In this document: piece by piece, positions 26,722 to 40,885 of the stretch
Layout of the letters: every line of letters begins with the position of its first letter
Position numbering within the stretch: position 1 is the stretch's first letter
NCBI GenBank assembly: GCA_964016885.1
Contig: OZ024743.1
Coordinates: 288,176,001 to 288,240,000 of the forward strand
Length of the DNA stretch: 64,000 bases
Direction of reading: 5' to 3'
Source of the DNA: Eledone cirrhosa
Taxonomy: Eukaryota
Position numbers and translations under genes: made by a program
The notes under the pieces: model-generated
Seen by the model: only the letters and a program-made list of their open reading frames with translations
Database searches by the model: none
Told to the model about the DNA's origin: nothing

Positions 26722-27635
26722 GGCGGTGTGTTGGCAGTATCGGTAGAACGTCAGACGCCATGCTTTGCAGCATAGAGTTATGACACCTTTATGATGTGAG
26801 TTCAAATCCCGCCGAGATAAACTTTGCCTTTCATCCTTACGGGGTCGATAAAACGAAGTACCAGTAATGTACTGGGGTCGATTTAATCGACTTTCTCCTT
26901 CCTCCAAATTACTGGCCTTGTTACCATTAGGTTAACTTTGTCTTTCATCCTTACGGGGTCGATAAAATAAAGTACCAGTAATACACTGAGTAATTGCTGG
27001 CCTTGTGCCAAAAGTAGAAACAATTATTATTATTATTATTATTGGCAGTGGATTGGCAGTATCGGTAGAGGGTCGGACGCCATGCTTTGCAGCATAGAGT
27101 TACGGCCCTTTATGATATGAGTTCAAATCCCGCCGACGTTAGCTTTGCTTTTCATCTTTACGCAGTCGATAAAATAAAGTACCAGTCTCGCACTGGAGTC
27201 GATTTAATCGGCTTCCTCCTCGCCCAAAATTGCTGGTCTTGACGAAATCATTAAGGGTCGGACGCCATGCTTTCTAGCATAGTTACGTCCCTTTACGTTC
27301 TGTGTTCAAATCCCGTCGAGGTTAACTTTGCCTTTCATCCTTACGGGGTAGATAAAATAAAGTACCAGTAATGTACTGGGTAATTATTGGCCTTGTGCCA
27401 AAAGTAGAAACAATTATTATTATGGTGGTGGATCGGCAGTATCGGTAGAGCGTCGGACATATGGTTTGCGGCATATACTTACGGCTCTTTGCGTTATGAG
27501 TTCAAATCCCGCCGAGGTTATCTTTGCCTTTGAACCTTACGGTGTACCTAGAATAAAGTACCAGTAATGCACTTGGGTCGATTTAATCAGCTTTTCACCC
27601 CCATCCCCATACCAGTAGAAACAATTATTATTATT
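26722..27635 (+). mobile_element. Tandem array of five SINE S1 copies (about 26722, 26929 truncated, 27044, 27254 truncated, 27424)
   Basis: Five successive central domains (ttcatccttacggggtcgataaaa variants), partly separated by (ATT)n tails. Confidence 0.88.
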
Positions 27636-27699
27636 AGTAGTAGTAGTAGATGGAGGAGATGGATATGTAGAAATATGAGGAAAAGAGGAGAGTGGGAGA

Positions 27700-28190
27700 A
27701 ATGTATTTGTTTTGTTTTTCCGATTTGGAAGTTATTATCGAAAAATGGAGCCATGTTTGAACTGATCCGGCTGTTAAATTTTACTAAGGATTTATTTTCT
27801 GGGTCATTCTTTGATTACTTAACGTTTTCCGGTATATCCATTACATTGAGTAAACCATGTATGTATCGGGTGTATATTGTATCTTTATGTTTTGGTTATT
27901 ACATTGTTTCCTATTGTGGCGAGATAGACTGAAGCAAACGTTGGTCCTAAGGGAGAACCTGTGGCTACTCTATCTTTATATTCTATAAATTGTCTTGTGG
28001 GCAGCGAAATCGTATTTCGTTTGCAGATGTCACTAATAGTTTCTTCAATAAGTTTGCTGATACAATGGAGAATTTTATTTGGGGGTATAGTTTATCTAAT
28101 AACATTTTTATTGTTTCTGTCATGGTAACATTGGCGAAAAGACTTTTTACTTCTAAATATAAATATCCAGAATGAAAAATCAGCGAAAAA
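27700..28190 (-). pseudogene. Degenerate Penelope/Poseidon-type RT fragment
   Basis: LEVKSLFANVTMTETIK (cf. FDVKSLFTNVP..ETI) in ORF 27983-28216(-), and manual translation VATGSPLGPTFASVYL (cf. GVAMGSPLGPTLAN). Confidence 0.65.
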
Positions 28191-28730
28191 ATAATAATAG
28201 AAGCTACCGCGGCCACTAATACAAGAATCCCCCTTCTCCACCCTCTAAAAACAACAACAACAACAATAATAACAAATATATTACGTCTGAGAGCAACAAA
28301 GATATAGATAAATGTATATACTTACATGGAAACATTGAATGTCCGCACATCTACAAAATATCATTGGTCAAATCCATACTTAGAAGATCATCCTGTAAAT
28401 TTTCTACAAAATAAGCACTATATAGATAACTCCACAGAATAAATCAAATACAAATAAACTACGGATATTCCAACAGAATAGCTGACCAATTTACAGATGA
28501 AAACAGGCACAAATATAATGCAACAAATACATCAAGCCTTACACCAACTAAATATATGAAAATCAAAGTATACTATATGATCAAATGCATACCATATAGA
28601 TAGTAATTCCAAAATTTCTAAAGCTGTAACACAAATTGCATATAATATCCCTGAATTTTACAAAATAAACTCCAATTATCTTTTGTCATATATATTCTGT
28701 TGTCGTTGCCCATACAGCTCCTTGGCGCCG

Positions 28731-28955
28731 AATAATGGTTTCTTATATAGGCACAAGGCCAGCAATTGTTTAGGTGAGGGGAAAGTCGATTAAATTGACC
28801 CCAGTGCGTAACTGGTACTTTATTTTAGCGACCCCGTAAGGATGAAAGGCAAAGTTAACTTCATCGGGATTTGAACTCAGGTAAAAAAAGGACCGTAATT
28901 CTATGCTGCAAATCATGGTGTCCGACCACCCACCAATACTGCCAATCCACCGCCC
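28731..28955 (-). mobile_element. SINE S1 (long 3' variant)
   Basis: Reverse complement of S1 including the gtcgattaaattgac hairpin segment. Confidence 0.88.
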
Positions 28956-28981
28956 TTTCTGGCACTGAATAACAATATATA

Positions 28982-29152
<171 letters not shown>

Positions 29153-29190
29153 TATATATATAACTATATAAATATATATATATATATATA

Positions 29191-29609
29191 TATTGTTATA
29201 TTTGGGGAGGGTCATATTTGCGTAATATTGCCAGAATTAATAACAGAACACACTCACTGTTTGGTTGGTTTTCGCTTCTCGCTGTCTTTTATATATATAT
29301 ATCTGCGATCTAACTTACTCGGTCCTCAATGTTGCCATTGACTGACCGGCGGTCAAAAATAATACAGATACAATATAGACAAACACATATATATATAGTT
29401 TACATAAATCTTTCGTTGCACATCTGCAACATCGTCAGTGGTGTTATATTCATTGTTCCTCCTGTTGTGTTGTATGTCTACGCCATTTTTTTTTGTTCAG
29501 TCTGTCTATATATTTATTTATTTATTTGCTTGTTTGTTTATCTTATTTTATTTTGTCTTCTTTGCGCACGATTTCATATAAAAAACCTCGCAAAACTAAT
29601 TCATCGCCG
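29191..29609 (-). mobile_element. PLE family A solo pLTR (29191-29568, minus) joined to an oppositely oriented ORF-start tail (29567-29609)
   Basis: Reverse complement of about 56765-57130, then cacgatttcatataaaaaacctcgcaaaactaattcatcgccg identical to 57143-57185; embedded in (TA)n. Confidence 0.88.
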
Positions 29610-29659
<50 letters not shown>

Positions 29660-29678
29660 TATATATATAACTATATAA

Positions 29679-29709
<31 letters not shown>

Positions 29710-29772
29710 CTATATATATAACTATATAAAAATATATATATATATATATATACTATATATATAACTATATAA

Positions 29773-29839
<67 letters not shown>

Positions 29840-30534
29840 AATGAACATTATGACAGAGTTCTGTTATTAAATAATTAAATTTATGCATGTTATGTGAATT
29901 TCCGCGTTGCTGTTACGTAATTGTAACTTAGGCTGGTATGGTTTCATCAGATAGTATTTCTTTTGCATTTAAGCTGAGCTTACACAAGAAAAATTATAAA
30001 GTTGTAACAACAACGCGCTAATTTAAGTCTGATTATGAAATGTAAGCAAGTTTTCTTTTCTTTTTAACTCTAGTGAAGTCAATCTGATTAGGTTCTCGTC
30101 TTTGTAACTTCCCTTAGTAACACACAGGTTAATAAACCCTCCTTGCCAAAGTGTGATGTTTTATGTAAATTAAACTAATCAGTATAGCAGAGTGCGAGTT
30201 TGAAAATAATTATAAATAGATATAAGCTATTAATAATTCCATAGGTATGGTCTAGGTATTAATTCTCTGCACACAAGGAGATATACATTAACCACTTAAC
30301 CACTCCCTGTACTTTTTACGATGAGGGTAAAATTGTATGTTTACTACAAGATCTTACATTTAAAATTTTACACGCACACACACACAAACACACACACACC
30401 CACACGCACACACACATATATATATATATGTATTAACCTTTCGATCTTAGCTTCAGGTTGTCATAATCTGTCGAAGGATATCCAATTTTTGCTATCATAT
30501 CTGTTCTTTGGTTTCCTAGTCATCACAAATATTA

Positions 30535-31365
30535 TCATGATCATCATCGTCACCAACCACCACCACCACCACCACCACCACCACTATCACCACCACCACC
30601 ATGATCATCATTATCACCATCATCATTCTTGCTTATTTGTACTTAGTTCAAATGTTGTTGCGATTGTTTGTTAACTTTTGTCATTGTTGTTGCAGTTGTT
30701 GATGTTGCTGTTGTCATTATTGCTGGTGACATTGTTGTATTTAGGTTTGTTGTTGGCGTCACCGTTGTCGATGTCGTCGTCATCGTCATCGATATCGTCG
30801 CCTTCGTTGTTGTTATTGTTGTTGTTATTATTGTTGTTATTGTTGTTGTTGTTGTTATTATTGTTGTTATTGTTGTTGTTGTTGTTGTTGTTGTGGATAT
30901 TGTTTTCACTAATTTTCGTTTCTCCTCTCAACGTAAACTTTTCCTTTGAAGTCAAGAAATCACGTTACTGCTTATGATGATGCCGATGATGCTGATAATG
31001 AAACCGATGACAATGATGATGTAAATGATGCTGGCGATGATAATTATGAGGATAATGGTGATAATTATGGTGAGGATGAGGTGGATGATGATAGTGATGT
31101 AAGTGGTATTGACGACAATGATGAGGAAGGATATGATTGTGATGATTATTAATGGTGATGATGAAGACCTCGTTGATGACATGTGTGATGACGGCAACGA
31201 TACTGATGCTGGTGACGACAGGGATGTCTGTGGACATTACCATAGTGATGCTGATGTTGCTGATGTTGCTGATAATGAGGATAATGACGACGACGACATT
31301 GACAATGATAATGATGATGATGATGACGATGATGATGATGATGGTGATAGTGACGATGATGATGT

Positions 31366-31396
<31 letters not shown>

Positions 31397-31560
31397 GATG
31401 ATGATGATGGTGATGATGATGATGATGATCATCATCATCATGGTGATGGTGATGGTGATGATGATGATGATGATGATAATGATGATAATGATGGTGATGA
31501 TGATGATAATGATGATGATGATGATGATGATGGTGGTGATGGTGATGATGGTGGTGTCAT
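30535..31560. repeat. Trinucleotide low-complexity block: (CAC/CAT)n, (GTT)n, (GAT)n
   Basis: Direct inspection; it produces the poly-H, V, N, D and M ORFs. Confidence 0.9.
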
Positions 31561-31645
31561 CTGTGTTACCGTATATTATTCAATCAACGTAATCTCTTAC
31601 CTTTATGCGTGTATGCGTGTGTGTGCATATATGTATATATAAATG

Positions 31646-31707
<62 letters not shown>

Positions 31708-31764
31708 AATATATATATATATAAACACATGCATATATATACATATACATATATACACACACAG

Positions 31765-31845
<81 letters not shown>

Positions 31846-31959
31846 CATATATATAAAATATAAATATAAATATATATATATATATGTGTGTGTATGTGTG
31901 TGTATATATATATATGTATGTATGCGTGTGTGTGTATATATCTCGTATATATATATATA

Positions 31960-32013
<54 letters not shown>

Positions 32014-32644
32014 TAGAATGTTCTTGTTGTCGTCGTATGCTTTTATTGTCGTTTTTCATTTCATCTCATGGTAATCATTGTTATTATCGTTAATGATAAT
32101 ACTGATGTCTGGGGAGGTTTGATATTTTATATTATTCTATGTTATTCTCTTTTCTTTGTTTCTTCTTTCTTTTTCCTTTCATTCATCATTCGTTTTCCTC
32201 TTTGATAATATCTTAATATTTTTTCCATAATAATGTTTTTCTCGCAAATATTTAACTCTTTATTTAGGGAAGAAAGAAGCAGACCCTTTTTTTTTTTTAT
32301 TTATCTATCATTGATAGTTTCCTTATTATCTATATTTATAGTATATGTATTATTTATATTTATAATGTATGTATTTTAGTTTTATGTATATTTTTCATAT
32401 GTGTTTTAGTTTTATTTATTCATTTACGTTTTATTTATGCATTTGTTTATTTATTTAAATGTTAAGATGAAAGAAAGTGAAATGACAGTCTAGTGTCATG
32501 TTTCCCTCAGCATAGAGAAAAAACTGAATATATTTCCTAATGCAGTGAAGTCCTCCAAGAAAAAAGCCAACATCGTTTAAACTCCTGCCCTTACCGTCAT
32601 TGCCACCTCTTTTCTACCTCTTTTCTGCAGTAAAATTTATATAT

Positions 32645-32728
<84 letters not shown>

Positions 32729-32743
32729 GGAGAGGTATATATG

Positions 32744-32778
<35 letters not shown>

Positions 32779-33502
32779 TCATATACATATATACATACAC
32801 ATATGTACATATATATATGTATATATATATATATAAATAAACATATAATATTTTTATACGTTTTATGCTATTTTTTTTATTGTTTTGTTCTAGACTTTTA
32901 TGTTTTTCTTTCCGCCTGTCAGTTTAATATAGATGTATTCATCGCATATTACCGTTTATTATAAATATGTGTGTGTTTATGTTTGTTTAAGGGTTTGTTC
33001 TCTTATATAAATCGATCTGTATGAATTTGTAAGACGTTTTATGAGAAAATGTTAGCAAAAAACACACAACTACAGACCTATACATATATGTACATATGTA
33101 TTGTTACACACTAATATCCACACACACATACATCTATATATGGATATTGTATATACATACAGACACGCAAATACGCATACCCCCCCCCCCACACACACAT
33201 ATATATTTCAATATTTTCTTACACATCAACTTTCATTCTTGGTTTATCATTAGACAATCTTCACTGAATTGAAGAAAAATTATACTTATTCTTATGGCAG
33301 TAGTGATGATGTTGTGGTGTGTTCCTGATACAACAGCATCAGCAGCTTCTGTCATAGTTGTCATCGTTGCAAAAAGATCTAGTATAATATAAGAATATGG
33401 AAATAAGATTATAGGCACCTCGCTCTTTCGTTCACACACTCTTACACTCTCACTATATATATATATATATATATACACATATATATATGTATATATATAT
33501 AC

Positions 33503-33626
<124 letters not shown>

Positions 33627-33807
33627 TATATATATATATACTATATATATATATAAGTATATATATAGAATATATATATGTATATATATATATAAGTATA
33701 TATATAATATATATATGTATATATAATATATATATATATAATTTATATATATATATGTAAATATATATATAATATATATTTATATAATATATATATATAT
33801 ATATAGG

Positions 33808-33871
<64 letters not shown>

Positions 33872-33931
33872 TATATATATGTATATATATATAATATATA
33901 TATATATATGTATATATATAATATATATATG

Positions 33932-34016
<85 letters not shown>

Positions 34017-34180
34017 GTGCGTATGCTAACACACACATATAGATAATGTGTTTCGTCAGATGTCATCAGTCTGCCAATTTGCGCCGAACATCCGCCATTT
34101 TACTCACTTCACTCCCAATCGTCATATAACCTTTTATCTTATATATCTAACTGAATATATATTAATACAGAAACACACAT

Positions 34181-34212
<32 letters not shown>

Positions 34213-34432
34213 TAACATAGAACATATTACCTGCTAGACAGGAGAAGTATAGTAAAAACGGAAAAGAATAATAGAATCAATCGTATAAAGAAAAAGAATT
34301 TCATCTCTTACGTTGACACGCATTTGCTCATGTTGTTGTTATTGTTGTTAGCATTTTTGCTCTCATATCTTTTCTTAGGGATGAATATAGTGATGAATAC
34401 AGCGATGATCATGGTGGTGGTGGTGGTGGAAG

Positions 34433-34467
<35 letters not shown>

Positions 34468-36364
34468 GCGAAGATGATGGTAAATATAATGCTGTTGTTG
34501 TTGATAGCTATTTTGATTTATTCACATGGGCCTAATGTTTGATATAACTTAACTTACAGACCTGGACATGGAAAATGATATAAGATATCTGCCTCGTTAG
34601 ATTATGTCGATCTTATTTCTGCCTTTGATCAATACTATATTCCAGATTATGATTGTCACCATCCGACATTTTGTCTTCTGAGAGTTATCTACCCTTTTCA
34701 TGAAGCGTCTAAGTGGTTTAAAGTAAAAAAAGAATATATATTCATTTTTAAACTGCCTGGAATACCAGAAGTGTCCACTGTTTGTTTGACATATCTTGCT
34801 TAGATGTACCATTTCGTGATAAGATTTTATCACAATATTGTCTTTATACTTTTAAAGCCAATTGTAGTTGTGACATTTATGCCTTTCCCAGTGTCATTAA
34901 CCGGCTGAATGGATTAACTAGTACCAGTAATGTTATTTGAGTCAGAGCTATTAGATCCGGCTCTCTGCGATCTGAGTTGAAAAATCATCGAGGAGAGATT
35001 TGCCTTTTATTCTCTCGGGTCGATAAAATAAAGCACCACTCCAGGCTGGTGGATTGACGGAGTTGTTAGAGGACCAGACGAGATATCTTGCGGTATTTGT
35101 TCCGGCTTTCCACACTCCGTGTTCAAATCCCGCTGATGTCGAATTTGATTTTCATTCTTATCTTGTCGGTACAATATAACACTTGACTAGAGGTGGTGGC
35201 TTGATGGAACTTATATGGAGTTCGATTAGATGCTTTGCAGTATATGTTCTGGCTCTTTGCCTTCAAATCCTGTTACGGTCGAATTGAGTGGTAACTTTCA
35301 CCGCCCGGTTAAACACCACCGCCTGGTTCTTTGTTCTCTTTAGCAAAGTTTTTTGAAAGTAATTGGTATTTTTCTCCAAGTTGATAATACCATCCTCCCA
35401 AAATCTCACCATTCTTCTAGACACTGAATAGGAACGTGGTCATGGCCCTTAACAGCCTTCAGTAATCAGTAACAAAAGCGTTAAGAAATCAAGAAAGTTT
35501 ACATAATTAAAATTACTCTTGTGCTAAGGCGATAAAGGAAAGCATCACACGACCGCTTCAGTAAAGGTAGAGGCGTCGCATGTGTTTTGAATATTTAAAC
35601 CCTCTGCTTTCTACATATTCAGCACAAAAACCCTACTGAAGAGATAAAACTTTCTTTCCACCATTTTCTAAAGAAATGGTCACCAACATTTCCACTACAA
35701 AGAAACCCTTTTATTTAAGTTTATTTTCTTGGGTACCCCAGAATTTTGAATGATGTATCTACATATCAAGCTGATTTTATTAACTAACAACAATTTTTTT
35801 TTGTTTGTTTTCGTCTTCCACTTGAAAGACATATGTATTTAAATATTCAATTAAATAAGTGCGAATATTTATCAAAACAAAACGTACTTATTTAAGGACA
35901 TGGTTGATGCTACATTGTTCATACAATGTTCCAAATTTAAGGTCAATAACAGACAGTTTAAAGTGAAAATCAAGTTTCACTTATATTTCTATATATTTGT
36001 GTTAATCTTATTTAAATATACATATACTAAGCTTTTACATATTAATTCGGTGAGAAAACCAAGAAGAAAATACATTTTTCAGTTCTTTAATAGATCTGGA
36101 GCCGCAAGCAACAGGTGTTATTAAAGTGAAATGGTTGAATATTGTCTATATCGAATTCTTGGATCACTGGAACCATACCAAGACGCCAAAATTGTGCACT
36201 TTACAATTTAATTTCAGCGGCTCGGAACCACACATACTCACCCATACTACCACTTTCCTTCTTTCTTCTCTTCCATTATACACATATATGACTTCCTTCT
36301 ATTATGTACTATATTGTTCTTCTATCGCATACATATAGGTATATGCACATACGTCCAGGCACAC

Positions 36365-36601
36365 GCACACACACATACACACACACAGATACACACGCAC
36401 ATACACACACACTCACACACACACTCTCTCTCACTTACACACACACACTCTCTCTCTCTCACTCACACACACACACACACTCACTTACTCACACACACAT
36501 ACACATAATCATCTAAGCACCTTCAAATATACACTCTGCCTATTCCTCTAATCTATTTTTCTCATTTCTCCCCTTCTCACTTTTTCAATCTTTCTATGCA
36601 C

Positions 36602-36693
<92 letters not shown>

Positions 36694-36841
36694 ACACGCA
36701 CACGCATACACACACACACGCACGCACGCACACACACACACACACACACGCACACACACACACACACGCATACACACACACACGCACACACGCACACACG
36801 CACACACGCACACACGCACACACACACACACACACGCGCGA

Positions 36842-36874
<33 letters not shown>

Positions 36875-36924
36875 CGCACACACGCACACACGCACACACG
36901 CACACACACACACACACACGCGCG

Positions 36925-36985
<61 letters not shown>
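36365..36985. repeat. (CA)n/(CACG)n microsatellite block
   Basis: Direct inspection. Confidence 0.9.
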
Positions 36986-36993
<8 letters not shown>

Positions 36994-37838
36994 ATATATA
37001 TACATACATTCATATGTATATATATACATACACATATATGCACGCATATCGAATATAAGTCTCTCTCAATCTTCTTCTTCTTCTTCTTCTTCTTCTTCTT
37101 CTTCTTCTTTTTCTTCTTCCTCCTCCTCCACCTCTTCTCATTCTTCATCTTATCATTCTCTCCCACACTCCACACATGTGCAACACAAACATTTAAATGT
37201 AACACCTACAGACACAACCTATCTACATATTTACGTATACACACACATGCACATATAAATGCACACAGACCTTTTCCTCTTACGCTCAGTCAGGGGTAAA
37301 CATCTTTGCCCTGCGCACACTTAACTATCTATTCACACATATTTTTTAAAGAAGTTTATTCAGTGAGGGAATGGCAGGGGCCATGACCATTTCCAGTGTC
37401 TCCATGACAGCTGGATGGGATGAAGGAAGGAATTCTCAAACTAGGGACTTTCTCCAAATGCTTTTAACTGAAGTCACCCAAGGACTAGATGAAGTTAACC
37501 TGACAATATATTATGTCCACCACCCAAGTAATTCATAACGGGAATTGAACTGAGAACGCAAAGAGTTGAAACAAATACCACAAGGCATCTCGCTCTATAC
37601 TGTAACGATTCCGTCATTTCATCGCCTATACATACATATATACATACGTACATGCATCCATACATTCATGCATACATGCATACATGCATACATACATACA
37701 TACATATATACATACATACATATATACATACATGCATATATACATACATGCATATATACATACAAACATGCATATATACATACATGCATATATACATACA
37801 TGCATATATACATACATACATGCATATATACATACATG

Positions 37839-39432
37839 CAAGAAGTGGGTCCAGAAGTATCTCCCATCTTTTCTTTGTTGATGACCTGAAGTTGTATGGG
37901 CCAAATATCAATGACATCAAGAAACAATTGGACCTCATTACACAATTTTCAACAGACATCAAAATGAAATTTGGTGAGTCCAAGTGTGCATATTTAGCAG
38001 TAAAACGTGGAAGAGCTGTGCCCTCCTCTAGAAATCTAGAGATGAACGGCCTGACAATACAACCTCTACAGTCAGGTGACAACTACAGATATCTTGGACA
38101 GGATGAGAATGTCAGATATGATGGACCCATAAATAAGGAGAGAACCAGAACTGAATACCTCAGAAGAGTAAAGAAAATATGGTCATCAGAATTGTCAGCG
38201 TACAACAAATACATTGCCAACAATACTTATGCTGTGCCAATTCTAACGCCAACATTTGGCCTGCTGAACTGGTCATTGCAAAAACTAAGTGCGATGGATG
38301 TTAGAACTCGCAAACTTCTCAGTGTTACTGGGAAATTTAACATCAATGGTGATGTGGATAGGCTATACTTCTCACTCAAGGAAGGTGGCCAGGGTCTAAA
38401 ATCAATATTAACAACATATGAGACCCGGATAGTAACACTGAAGCAACACCTTCAACAGAGGAAAAAGGTTGGCAACCATCTTGGCCAGGTTTATGAGCAT
38501 GAAAAAAAAAATATCATTAGAATAGTGACTGATCTGGAGGAGAGATATGGAATAAAGCCTGATATAAATCTCTCACCCTGAGAAATCGGAAGATCCTATT
38601 CAATGTTCAAACAAGATGAAAAATTGACCAATTTACAGAAAAGGTTGTGCATGGATACTTGAGACGGGATAAACCACTCAAAAAGCCTGGCATGGAGTTC
38701 CGACATCACACCTTGAGGGATATCTCTATGCAATACAGGAACAAGAACTCCCTACCAAATATCTGCTGCACAAAAGAGGAGGGCCAGCAGCTGACAATAA
38801 ATGTAGGCTATGTAAAACAGAGATCGAGGATGTAAGCCACATTGTTGCCAGCTGCGAAAGAATCTCGCTATTACCTCCCCATGAGACACGATGGGATAGC
38901 TAGAACCATCTGGAACGCACTTCGGAAAACAAAATTAACAACAAACGAGGAAGAATATATTGAGACAGATGGCACTAAGGAATACTGGTGGAACCTGAAA
39001 ATAAAAACTGCCACCAAATTAAAGCACAACCGGCCTGATATTGTTGTTTGGGACCACACATTGAAAACGTGTTCTGTTGTGGAGATCAGCTGCCCACTTG
39101 TGTAAACGTTGTCAGAAAAATACAGGAGAAGGAGGACATCTACGGACCATTGATACAAATCCAGTATCCAAGATACACCTTTAGCTTCATACCCATCATC
39201 ATTGGAGCTACGGGTTATATACCAACCCGCTTGGACCAAAGTATGACTGAACTTGGATTTGCGGACAAAAAGTGCAGCTCATAGTTTACAAATGGCTGCG
39301 ATAGATGGCACCTTCAAAATTTGCAAAACATTCTTGCGATTCAAGGGATGACAATTTCTTTTCTTTTACAACCTTGCCACCAGGAAGGTGGCCGGTCAAA
39401 AAAATATACTCGAAATTAAGAGAAAGAGATAA
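37839..39432 (+). mobile_element. 5'-truncated R4/Dong-like non-LTR retrotransposon (RT C-terminus, CCHC knuckle, PD-(D/E)xK endonuclease, 3' UTR), disrupted
   Basis: ISHLFFVDDLKLYG, MKFGESKCA, YRYLG, DRLY...GG.GL; then HIVASC, Y..RHDGIA and RPDIVVWD...VVEISCP. Flanked on both sides by (TACA)n. Confidence 0.85.
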
Positions 39433-39515
39433 CATCCATACATACATGCATGCGTACATGCCTACATACATACATACGTACATACATACATACATACATA
39501 CATACATACATACAT

Positions 39516-39746
39516 ACGGGGTTATATACCAACCCGCTTGGACCAATGTATAACTGAACTTGGATTTGCGGACAAAGAGCGCAGCTCCCTAATTCATAGT
39601 CTACAAATGGCTGCGATAGCTGGCACCTTCAACATTTGCAAAACAATGTTGCGATTCAAGGGATGACAATTTCTTTTCTTTTACAACCTTGCCACTAGGA
39701 AGGTGGCCGGTCAAAAATATACTCGAAATTAAGAGAAAGAGATAAA
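39516..39746 (+). mobile_element. Second 3'-end copy of the R4/Dong-like element
   Basis: Near-identical to 39210-39432; between (TACA)n tracts. Confidence 0.85.
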
Positions 39747-39824
39747 CATACATACACCCATACATACATACATACATACATACATACATACATACATACA
39801 TACATACATACATACATACATACA

Positions 39825-40372
39825 TGGTGGCTGCCAACTCGTTTTCGAGTACGGCCACTACTTTATATCCATGTAGGAGAACCCCTACCGATGCGCTGAA
39901 CGAGTGTAACTATTTAGTCCAGCCAGCGACTTGAAAACTCTGCTACAAACACTACACTTGTGACAATTATTGACACATAGTGCTGGGCCCATGGTACCAT
40001 GTGACGACAAGTGCAGAGAGATCTCCAGATATAAAGCAATGCCTGTGCCGTGAAGCTTTTATAGTGAGCAAAGGCACTGCACAAAGCCAGTCCCACTCTC
40101 TTGACCAAGATGATATTTACCAAAAAGAAGAACAAGCCAACATCATTGGATACCATCAGGGTTGCAGGTGTTATATCAGAGTTTTCCTTCTCCTAGAATT
40201 CTGCCTTGACAAAGGCTACGGGGTCATCTCTCCCGGTGATTTTGGATGGCCATTGACTCATGGTCGGGTATGTTGGCGACTAAACTGGCAACCCCACCAA
40301 GTTTTCTTGGTGAGGAGGGTGACTTTGGACATCCTGCAGGACTAAAAACAAAACCTGTCAAAGGCAAAGGAA
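39825..40372 (-). mobile_element. Internally deleted RTE-like element (5' UTR-like part plus 3' end with (TGTA)n tail)
   Basis: 39825-39975 is the reverse complement of 48571-48720. The minus strand has ctaggagaaggaaaactctga, typical of RTE 5' UTRs (from memory). Confidence 0.55.
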
Positions 40373-40468
40373 CATACATACATACATACATACATAAATA
40401 CATACATACATACATACATACATACATACATACATACATACATACATACATACATAAATACATACATA

Positions 40469-40539
40469 TTTTTTACAACCTTGCCACCAGGAAGGTGGCC
40501 GGTCAAAAAAATATACTCGAAATTAAGTGAAAGAGAAAA
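40469..40539 (+). mobile_element. Third, 70-bp 3'-end copy of the R4/Dong-like element
   Basis: ttttacaaccttgccaccaggaaggtggccggtcaaaaaaatatactcgaaattaag; within (TACA)n. Confidence 0.85.
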
Positions 40540-40552
40540 CATACATACATAC

Positions 40553-40885
40553 TGAATGCTTCAAAGTAAAAGTAATATAGATAACCAAAGCAGACTATCT
40601 TGGATGAACAACAGATATATTAGTTGTCACTTTGAAAGTAATGCTTGGCAATCCATGGAAATAACCACGAAATGTTTGATGCACAAAAGAGTTTGTCTGC
40701 GCCAGCTGTCACCTAGATGTGACAACAGGTGCAGATTATGGCGTAAACATCGAGGATATCATCTACATCATAAATAGCTGTTCGAAGACATCCTCAATAA
40801 ATATATAACTATAAGGCATGATGTAGTGGCCAAAACTCTATACAATGCAATCCTTAACAAGGATAGTCCTGAGGATAAATTATAA
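40553..40885 (+). pseudogene. Diverged R4-like CCHC-region fragment
   Basis: EITTKCLMHKR...CDNRCRL, then HIINSC and IRHDVVAK in shifted frames, paralleling 38745-38905. Confidence 0.6.

Noticed and set aside
26722-27635. CRISPR-like or regularly spaced repeat array
   Set aside because: The units are about 200-bp SINE copies without unique spacers, in a eukaryotic context.
31103-31642. Asp-rich ORF resembling acidic biomineralisation proteins
   Set aside because: A pure (GAT)n-derived tract that is open in several frames, with no signal peptide or gene structure.
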